Below, piece by piece: positions 55,519 to 62,171 of a stretch of DNA of 62,171 nucleotides. Within the stretch, counting starts at the first letter, position 1; each line of letters starts with the position of its first letter. The position numbers and the translations under genes are program-made. Below the pieces are notes generated by a model. The model was given only the letters and a program-made list of their open reading frames with translations, searched no databases and had not been told where the DNA came from. Source of the stretch: a virus (taxonomy: Duplodnaviria; Caudoviricetes); IMG/VR virus record IMGVR_UViG_3300031772_000034, positions 1-62,171 of that record. The stretch is one strand, 5' to 3'.

Positions 55519-56565
55519 ATGCCAGAATTAAACGTTCCAATCACTTCCGGAGGCGTAGTACCGATCGATCTCCTAAGTCGGGTACCGCCACTGGACTTTT
55601 CCTTCGATCTCTCTCGAGCAGCGACGGATCAGAAAGGCCGATGGATTATCGAAGGATATGTGACCACAACTGAGCTCGCGTCAGACGGCATTCGGATTCT
55701 TCCTGAGGCCCTTGCGGCTGCAAAGGATGACCTCATGAAGCGGCCGTCCATTCTCTTCAACCACAATCCTGATTTGGTGATCGGACGTGTTCTGGAGACT
55801 TCCGTCGATGAGAAGGGCTTACTCGTGAAAGCGCTGATCTCACGGGAGGAGGAGTCCCTTTGGAAGAAAATCCAAGAAGGAGTTCTTTCAAAGTTTTCCG
55901 TTCGCGGTAAAATCACCGGCGCCGTCGATGAATGGGATGCGGCTTCGAGAAAGATCACCCGCGTCGCCACCGCCATCGAGCTGTATGAAGCTTCAATCGT
56001 CAGTGTTCCAGGAGCTGCTGGGGCTGACATTACGAAGTGGTACGTAGAAAGATCAAGAAAGGAGGTGAAAGAAATGCCAGAACCGGAAATCAAAGTAACT
56101 CCCCCGGCCGCGGCACCGGCTCCTGCTGTTGCCCCGGCTGCTCCGGCCGCGGTACCGGCTGCTGCTGTCGCTCCTCCGCCCGTCGAGATCGTAAGGGGCG
56201 AATCCGGCCCGGACATGAAGCCCGTGCTGGATAAGCTCAATTCGATCATGGCGATGGTCGAGAAGCTCATGCAGTCGCAGCCTGTGCCTGTCCCGGACGC
56301 ACAGCGGACCGCCGTTCCTCCGGCAGAACCTTCCGAAGACTCGAAGAAGATCGCTGGCCTCGTCCAAGAGGTCGCCGATTTGAAACGTGCGATCGAGAAG
56401 GTCCCTATCGTGAAGGGCCAGGAGACGATCCCGGCGCCTCCGGCAACAAAGACGGAGGAAGAGATGAGACGGGAACTGTTAGGGGCCGACTTCGATAAGT
56501 TGACTCCGCAGGAACAGCTTTCCCGGGTCCTCGACAAGCTCACGACCTTGCCGGAGAAGAAGTAA
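55519..56565 (+). CDS. HK97-type prohead protease fused to scaffold domain
   Basis: IEGY, LFNHN, FSVRG, LYEASIVSVP; Pro/Ala linker and coiled coil. Confidence 0.85.
   Translation: MPELNVPITSGGVVPIDLLSRVPPLDFSFDLSRAATDQKGRWIIEGYVTTTELASDGIRILPEALAAAKDDLMKRPSILFNHNPDLVIGRVLETSVDEKGLLVKALISREEESLWKKIQEGVLSKFSVRGKITGAVDEWDAASRKITRVATAIELYEASIVSVPGAAGADITKWYVERSRKEVKEMPEPEIKVTPPAAAPAPAVAPAAPAAVPAAAVAPPPVEIVRGESGPDMKPVLDKLNSIMAMVEKLMQSQPVPVPDAQRTAVPPAEPSEDSKKIAGLVQEVADLKRAIEKVPIVKGQETIPAPPATKTEEEMRRELLGADFDKLTPQEQLSRVLDKLTTLPEKK
56074..56565 (+). CDS. nested in-frame scaffold protein (internal start)
   Basis: AAAGGAGGTG SD inside the protease gene before in-frame ATG 56074. Confidence 0.65.
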   Translation: MPEPEIKVTPPAAAPAPAVAPAAPAAVPAAAVAPPPVEIVRGESGPDMKPVLDKLNSIMAMVEKLMQSQPVPVPDAQRTAVPPAEPSEDSKKIAGLVQEVADLKRAIEKVPIVKGQETIPAPPATKTEEEMRRELLGADFDKLTPQEQLSRVLDKLTTLPEKK

Positions 56566-56615
56566 CCATGAATTTCGCGTTACAAAATTTAAAAAAGGAA
56601 GGGAGGTGAATAGAA

Positions 56616-57554
56616 ATGCCATTCGATCCTAATTCTCAGCCAATCGTTGAATTGCGTCGGGCTATCCAACAGTCCGACATCTCTGCAGTCCTCGTGAAGA
56701 AGGAGCTGGACCCGATCATCACTCGGTTAGTCGAGTATAATAACCCCCTCCGGGTTAACCTTACTCGCAAACCGGGTTCGGGCGCTGGGTATTACCTGAA
56801 CAGCCGCACACCGGGAACCACCCCGGCGGCGTTCATCAATGATACCGAGAGCCTGACTGAACAGACCGGGACTTATGCTCAGGAGTTCTTCGAGCATAAG
56901 ACCTTCGGTACGCAGGGGAAGATCACGCGCAAAGCGCAGAAGATCGCCGCTTCGTACAAGAACATCCTTCAGGACGAGCTGGAGGCGAAGGCCGAGGAGT
57001 TCAGGGACTTCGAGGAATGGGCCATTATTTGGGGAAGTAAGACGAACCCGAAAGAGTTCGACGGTCTTCACAAACTGGCCGGCACTGTTTATGCGGTTAC
57101 CGTGGGCACCTCTGGCGCCCGTATGACCGCCGAACAGCTCGATGAAGCGATTGATAAAGTTCGCGGGATGCCCAATATGATCATCTGTTCCAAACGGACC
57201 AGACGTCAGATGTGGGCCATCCTGGCGACCAAGCAATCCTTCGTTAACCAGGTCGAGGTCCGTGGTGGGTTCAAACTGACCACCTATTCGGATGTTCCGA
57301 TCTACGTTAACTCGCGAATCCCTGACACTTGCACCTTCGATGGAACCAAGGTAACGGCGGCTACCGGCGGAGCCACTTCCGTCATGTACATTCTGGATAA
57401 CGCCAAAGTTTTCCTGAGCGTACTGACCGATATCGAAGTGATCCCGTTGGACAAAGTCTCTTCGCAGTACGATGCCTTTGACATGGTCTGCGACGAGGTG
57501 CTCGTCGTTCGTGATCCGGTCGCAGTCGTCGAGGTTGTCGGAATCGGCGTATAA
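56616..57554 (+). CDS. major capsid protein
   Basis: position after protease, 312 aa, EEWAIIWG..TNPKEFDGL, strong RBS. Confidence 0.85.
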   Translation: MPFDPNSQPIVELRRAIQQSDISAVLVKKELDPIITRLVEYNNPLRVNLTRKPGSGAGYYLNSRTPGTTPAAFINDTESLTEQTGTYAQEFFEHKTFGTQGKITRKAQKIAASYKNILQDELEAKAEEFRDFEEWAIIWGSKTNPKEFDGLHKLAGTVYAVTVGTSGARMTAEQLDEAIDKVRGMPNMIICSKRTRRQMWAILATKQSFVNQVEVRGGFKLTTYSDVPIYVNSRIPDTCTFDGTKVTAATGGATSVMYILDNAKVFLSVLTDIEVIPLDKVSSQYDAFDMVCDEVLVVRDPVAVVEVVGIGV

Positions 57555-57573
57555 AGAAGGGAGGTAGAGGCCT

Positions 57574-57846
57574 GTGAGTTACAAACTTATCAGAACGAGG
57601 CCTGGTTTTCTTTTAAATACTGAGATATCGACTTATAGGGAGAACCTCAAGGTGAAAGACGGTATCGTCGAATGCCAGTTTCCTGAGTCGCGGGATCGCC
57701 TCTTAAAAGAGGGATTCGTTATGATGGAAGAAGGCGTGAAACCCGAGGCACCCAAAGTCGATCCTCAGATCGAATCTCGATCAATGGATTCCGGTCCAAA
57801 GGTTGAGGGTACGAAAATCTTCTTCCGCAGAGGGAAGAAAAAATGA
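57574..57846 (+). CDS. small head-associated protein
   Basis: GGAGGT RBS, position after MCP. Confidence 0.55.
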   Translation: MSYKLIRTRPGFLLNTEISTYRENLKVKDGIVECQFPESRDRLLKEGFVMMEEGVKPEAPKVDPQIESRSMDSGPKVEGTKIFFRRGKKK

Positions 57847-58655
57847 GGCAAGTCGCCATCGGACAGACTGTCGCATTGCGATTCGGATTCCAATCCGGAG
57901 GGCTTCCAGTTGATCCGGTAGATCCGAAGGTTTCGATCTTCGGACCTATCGATCGACTATATACTCAAGAGGCTCTCACGATAGTAGAACCTGGATCATA
58001 TAGGTTCGATTATCCTGTGGGAGGCACTTTAGGAATCTATTCCGCATTTGCAGACGGTATCCTTGATGGCGAACAAATTCCCGCTTCAAGCGAACAACTC
58101 TTCGAAGTATCTTCAGTGGGAAAACAAATCCCCCTTGTTACTCTTGAAGAGACAAAAGCGTATCTCGCTGATATGCCGGTAATACCGGAGGATGCGCAGC
58201 TACGTGAGTTCGTTTACGCGGCCTCAAACATGGTGCGGAATTTCTGTAAAAGAGAGTTTACTCCCACTCTTAAAATGGAATTCCTTCATGTTCAATGCGC
58301 GGATCGGGTTTACTTAACCGGATATCCAGTTTTGCAATTGGTGTCCCTTATCGATACGTTTGAGAAAACGGACATCGAGTATAAGACATTGATTGCGAAT
58401 CTTGGATTACTTATTCTTAACGATTCTGTTGACGATCTTTCCATTGACGCGACTTATTATGTTGGCGACAGTTCTATTCCACCGGAGGCGTCGTTGGCGT
58501 GCAAGAAGATCGTTTCGTTCATGTTACAACGGTGGCATCGTGAGGGCGCGTCTGCTGAAAGCTTACTCTCGTATGATTATACCCTCAATGCTGAGTGGTT
58601 TAAAACGGATATTGAGCCACTCATAAGTCGCATTAGACTAGTGAGGATGTCTTGA
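57843..58655 (+). CDS. head-tail adaptor (gp6/gp15-like) with N-terminal Ig-like domain
   Basis: LVTLEETKAYL...AAS..VRNFCKREF...YPV...Y.VG...IPPE..LAC. Confidence 0.72.
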   Translation: MRQVAIGQTVALRFGFQSGGLPVDPVDPKVSIFGPIDRLYTQEALTIVEPGSYRFDYPVGGTLGIYSAFADGILDGEQIPASSEQLFEVSSVGKQIPLVTLEETKAYLADMPVIPEDAQLREFVYAASNMVRNFCKREFTPTLKMEFLHVQCADRVYLTGYPVLQLVSLIDTFEKTDIEYKTLIANLGLLILNDSVDDLSIDATYYVGDSSIPPEASLACKKIVSFMLQRWHREGASAESLLSYDYTLNAEWFKTDIEPLISRIRLVRMS

Positions 58656-59233
58656 TTCATGGATTGTTCACGGAGCAATACGAGCTTTTCGAACGGACCT
58701 CCCAAGTATACCGTGGACCAATGGGAACCGCTGGGCTTCATATCGGTATCGTATTCAACACCCCCGTTCGATTTTCTGCAGCGGTTTCAACCACGTGTGG
58801 AGTTTCCCTCGGATTCATTGGTGCGGAAGATGAGGAAGAGTGGCTGTTTTTCGGTGACGACACCGCACGAATTGGATCCAGAGAATTCGGGGCGCTCTCC
58901 ACGGTTTCAATATCTCCTGCTGGTACCACAGGAACAGTTGAAATCCGATCTGTGGACTCTGGAGGTCAGCCAATAGAGTTTACTCGATCAAAAGGAATCC
59001 TTCGTGGAAAGAGCAATTTCAAAAAATACAGTTATGTTAAGTTACCCTCCGGAACTGTCATCCGAACTGATGGCACTATCACATGCCAGAAAAGTCCTGA
59101 AGTTAAGCCTGGAGATCTTATTGCATTTAACGGCGTTGAATATATCGTCGATCAAAGAGTGCTGGCCAATTGGATCGCGGGAGTAAGTCACCAAGAACTT
59201 GTTGTGAGGCGCCGTGGGCAAGAAGAGCTTTAA
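58652..59233 (+). CDS. head closure/stopper protein
   Basis: position; VKPGDLI.FNGVEY.V...SHQEL. Confidence 0.55.
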   Translation: MIHGLFTEQYELFERTSQVYRGPMGTAGLHIGIVFNTPVRFSAAVSTTCGVSLGFIGAEDEEEWLFFGDDTARIGSREFGALSTVSISPAGTTGTVEIRSVDSGGQPIEFTRSKGILRGKSNFKKYSYVKLPSGTVIRTDGTITCQKSPEVKPGDLIAFNGVEYIVDQRVLANWIAGVSHQELVVRRRGQEEL

Positions 59234-59660
59234 TCAATTAGTTCTCGATATTCAAGGATGGACTGAGGAACGGGCTAAATTAGCCATCCGTGAAATTAGC
59301 GATCTACTTAAAACCAAAATGCATGATAACATTACCCTTACAGATCACTCATTACGTGAACTAAAAGTATTGGATCATCCATATGCAGCGAGCAATCCGA
59401 GCAATCCACATAATCCTCCTTATTTAGTCCATAAGCAGGATGGCGATCTTGCAAGTGCAATGTATTCCAAAATCGTTGAAACGCCAACAAAGAAAACCGC
59501 AATTTGTGGAATCGATGAACAGGCCGCACCGCATGTTGCACACGTTGTTTTCGGTACAAGTCGAATGGTTCCAAGAGATTTTATTCGAGGGACTTTGGAC
59601 GAAATTAAACCTGGAATCGATAAGATTATGGCCGATTCTATGGGAGTGACAAAGAAGTGA
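59214..59660 (+). CDS. HK97 gp10-like neck protein
   Basis: GDLAS, HVVFGTSRMVPRDFI. Confidence 0.65.
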   Translation: MGKKSFNQLVLDIQGWTEERAKLAIREISDLLKTKMHDNITLTDHSLRELKVLDHPYAASNPSNPHNPPYLVHKQDGDLASAMYSKIVETPTKKTAICGIDEQAAPHVAHVVFGTSRMVPRDFIRGTLDEIKPGIDKIMADSMGVTKK

Positions 59661-60064
59661 ATTGGTATACCGATTTAGGTGAGATCGTTGAGAAAACGTT
59701 TATGCGAGAACCAGTTGTTCGCGGAGCGTTTTTGAATCATTTGTTCCAAGGTGAATGGTCTGAACAAAGAAATCCCGCGCCCCCAATAATGTGTTATGTT
59801 ATTTATCCTCGCGCTGAAGATGTTGGGACTTTTGACGGAACTCTTAAATGCCAGTTTGCATTAGGCGTTACAAAGAAGGATGGGGAGCTTTACAATATAT
59901 TCGAAAAGGTGGATAAGCTACTCCTACGTCAGAATCTCAAAAACGATTCGGTGTCGCTTGTCGTCTTAGAAAAAGTCGACGGCCCGATAAAGATTTGGGA
60001 TCCTGATACGAAGTGCAACCAATTGGTGGGTCAATGGAGCCTAAGAGGAATCAAAATCCAGTAG
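59657..60064 (+). CDS. tail terminator-like protein
   Basis: size and position before tail tube. Confidence 0.5.
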   Translation: MNWYTDLGEIVEKTFMREPVVRGAFLNHLFQGEWSEQRNPAPPIMCYVIYPRAEDVGTFDGTLKCQFALGVTKKDGELYNIFEKVDKLLLRQNLKNDSVSLVVLEKVDGPIKIWDPDTKCNQLVGQWSLRGIKIQ

Positions 60065-60342
60065 ACCGCGATCAGCGGCAGGCCGAGCGCGACCCGATCT
60101 ATCAACGTGGCCGCGAACGGTTGGAAAGCAGATTTTGGAGATGTTCAGATTGCCGCGCAGTCTTGGGGATCATGTCTTCAGATATGGAAACCCTTCGAAT
60201 TAAGAAGGGAGACCTGATCATCCATATTAAAGGCGGCAGCGTTTCAAGAGTTTGTAAGTCGTGCGGTTCTTGGAATTCAATAGAACACACGCCTACAATA
60301 AAAGTTAACACAGGAAAGGAGGTGATAAAGAATGCCATTTAA
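60013..60342 (+). CDS. Zn-ribbon protein (Mu Com-like)
   Basis: WRCSDCRAVLG...VCKSCGSWN; start uncertain. Confidence 0.5.
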   Translation: MQPIGGSMEPKRNQNPVDRDQRQAERDPIYQRGRERLESRFWRCSDCRAVLGIMSSDMETLRIKKGDLIIHIKGGSVSRVCKSCGSWNSIEHTPTIKVNTGKEVIKNAI

Positions 60343-60910
60343 CATGCCAGACATCAATACCAAGAAGTACAGTTTCGGTCCCGGGAGAGTGTTTCTGGGG
60401 GCACCGGGAGAGACTCCGTCCAAAGACGTCGGGTCGGTTCGGTCCGGTGCTGAATTGACCGTGACCCGCGAACGCCTCGAGGTTTATCAGGGGAGTCCTC
60501 GGACCCTCGTGAAACAGTACGTCACCAACGAGACCGCTCAGCTGGTTGTAACCGGAATTGAGTGGGATCTCGAGCTGATCGCTCAGGCGATCGGGTACGA
60601 TCCGAACGTCGCCGTTGGAGGCACCTCTGGTCTGACCATCACCCTCGGATTGGGTGGTGACATGGACGTTTCCCAGGTGGCCCTGCGGTTCCAGCACGTG
60701 ACGCCGGTTGGCGCCACGATCATGATCGACTTCTTCAAGGCGGAGGGCTCCGGAGAGTTCAAGAACACCTTCGGGGATGAACTCCATGAGTTCCCCTACA
60801 CCTTCAAGGCGATCGCCGCAACCTGCGGATGGGCAGGCGTCTCGGATATCCTGGACGCGAAGAAATCGCTTCTCCGGATGATCTACATCAAGGCTCCGTC
60901 TGAAGCGTAA
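60332..60910 (+). CDS. major tail (tube) protein
   Basis: SFGPGRVF.G...DVG.V..GAELTV; strong RBS; precedes chaperone and TMP. Confidence 0.78.
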   Translation: MPFNMPDINTKKYSFGPGRVFLGAPGETPSKDVGSVRSGAELTVTRERLEVYQGSPRTLVKQYVTNETAQLVVTGIEWDLELIAQAIGYDPNVAVGGTSGLTITLGLGGDMDVSQVALRFQHVTPVGATIMIDFFKAEGSGEFKNTFGDELHEFPYTFKAIAATCGWAGVSDILDAKKSLLRMIYIKAPSEA

Positions 60911-60930
60911 CCAAGAAAGGAGAAGATCCC

Positions 60931-61353
60931 ATGTCGAGGGACGAATTTTCTATTTTCAAACCAGGTAAGGAAGTCCTCTTAGAGAATGGCGACAAGATCG
61001 AACTTCCGAAGGTATCCTGGCGCAAAGAAATTAAGATCCTTGAGATCGCAAGTGCGCTCTTCCAAGAGCTCGAACTGAGTAAGGTCAATTTTGACCAAAT
61101 GGCGGTGGGAGACATGGTGACGCTTTTTTCGGGTCTGTTCACCAAAGCGCCCAACAAGTTCACGGATATTGTGGTGTTACTTACGAACCAAAATACCGAC
61201 TTCGTAAATGACCACATGACATCGCAGGACATCCTGGGGCTGGTTGTCCCTTTTTTCGTAAAGTTTTTCAAGAACGCGAGCAGCGTCTTGGACATGGGGG
61301 CAGCTGGGAAAGAGGCCGTGGATTCGGCGATACCGGGTCTGAAGAAGAAGTAA
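60931..61353 (+). CDS. tail assembly chaperone (gpG-like)
   Basis: position between tail tube and TMP. Confidence 0.75.
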   Translation: MSRDEFSIFKPGKEVLLENGDKIELPKVSWRKEIKILEIASALFQELELSKVNFDQMAVGDMVTLFSGLFTKAPNKFTDIVVLLTNQNTDFVNDHMTSQDILGLVVPFFVKFFKNASSVLDMGAAGKEAVDSAIPGLKKK

Positions 61354-61610
61354 CGATATCCACAATCTTTGACCTGATCTGTTCTTCTTACGGTTGGACG
61401 GTCTCCCAAGTTTTCGAACATTCCGTAGACGAGGTAATGCTACTCGTTCGCGCGCTCAGTGTGAGAAAATTGGAAGAGATGAGGTTCCAAGCAAAAGTCA
61501 TGGGGGCGGAGTTCAAAGAAGGGGACTTGCCCCCTGCTCCTTTTTCTCAGAATTCTAAAAAGTCGGTCAAAGATTTCATCGCAGATGGCGGTAATGTGGA
61601 GGTCAAGTGA
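61248..61610 (+). CDS. -1 frameshift extension of tail chaperone (gpGT-like)
   Basis: in-frame slippery C CCT TTT / T TTT TTC at 61248-61257; -1 frame open to TGA 61610 (...IFDLICSSYGWTVSQVF...). Confidence 0.75.
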   Translation, partial: PFFRKVFQEREQRLGHGGSWERGRGFGDTGSEEEVTISTIFDLICSSYGWTVSQVFEHSVDEVMLLVRALSVRKLEEMRFQAKVMGAEFKEGDLPPAPFSQNSKKSVKDFIADGGNVEVK

Positions 61611-62171
61611 GTGAGCAGTATGAAGCCTCAGTATCACTAGATTTTAAGTCAGCGTTAAAATCGCTCGTCGAGCTTAAAGACAATATACAAAAAGTCGGGC
61701 AGACTCTGAAGGATCTTCAAGGGTATGTCAAGGACGTTTCTAACGCCATTGATGTAACCTCAAAGACCCTTTCTAAGATGAATGCTCTATTCGATCTCCG
61801 CCCAATTAGACAGCAATTCGGTGATTGGAGAAAGGAGATTGATGGCGCAAGCGAATCTATTGCGCAGTTAAACGCGACCTTTAAAACGCTTTCCTCTACT
61901 ATTTCCCTCAGTAAAGGGTACTCTGCTGATCAAGTAAAGAATCTCGGGACACAGCTCAAAGACGTTAGTGGCATCATGCGTGATATGATGAAGGCCCCTT
62001 TTGCGTTAGCAGGCTCTATTGCAACGGGCTTCGCGAAAGTGGGTGCTGCGATTGCATCACTTAAAATCGTTTCGGATATCCGAACGCAATTTGAGCGGGT
62101 AGGTGCTACTATAAAAGTTGCGACCAAAGAATTAGGAGATTTCTTTAAGATCGTCGCAAGTGAATCAAAAG
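61607..62171 (+). CDS. tape measure protein, N-terminal part (truncated by window end)
   Basis: GGAGG RBS, GTG 61607, helical MSEQYEASVSLDFKSALKSL... Confidence 0.75.
   Translation, partial: MSEQYEASVSLDFKSALKSLVELKDNIQKVGQTLKDLQGYVKDVSNAIDVTSKTLSKMNALFDLRPIRQQFGDWRKEIDGASESIAQLNATFKTLSSTISLSKGYSADQVKNLGTQLKDVSGIMRDMMKAPFALAGSIATGFAKVGAAIASLKIVSDIRTQFERVGATIKVATKELGDFFKIVASESK

Noticed and set aside
61305-61312. Lambda-type GGGAAAG slippery site
   Set aside because: Read as GGG AAA GAG in the chaperone frame, the wrong phase for an X XXY YYZ -1 slip; 61248-61257 fits
1000-62171. Apparent abundance of GATC/TCGA as the footprint of the modification target
   Set aside because: Visual impression only; needs a Markov-corrected k-mer count that I cannot run

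Overview
This is a 62-kb segment of a tailed dsDNA bacteriophage, probably siphovirus-like: it has a tail tube, a frameshifted tail chaperone and a tape measure gene, and no sheath is seen. Virtually all genes are on the + strand with strong AGGAGG ribosome-binding sites, and no integrase or CI-type repressor is visible. In order: (i) a compositionally distinct left end; (ii) a ~1-19 kb early region of small ORFs punctuated by a repeated TTGACA-N18-TATAAT promoter cassette; (iii) a dispersed 7-deazaguanine DNA-modification pathway (queC, queE, queD, folE2, TGT/DpdA-like) and tRNA-Thr; (iv) SbcCD, resolvase and amidase endolysin; (v) replication and nucleotide genes (SF2 helicase, DnaB, primase, dUTPase, UDG-PolA fusion, MazG-like, ThyA, gp32-like SSB, RecA); (vi) terminase, portal, head and tail genes, truncated in the tape measure gene. 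The most unusual features are a 1523-aa MuF head protein with a HExxH peptidase-like domain and three tandem ADP-ribosyltransferase domains with different catalytic signatures; a QueC carrying an in-frame LAGLIDADG domain with no intein motifs; and a triple-GT2/TPR glycosyltransferase inside the head module. All family assignments come from motifs recognised by eye, not from database searches.
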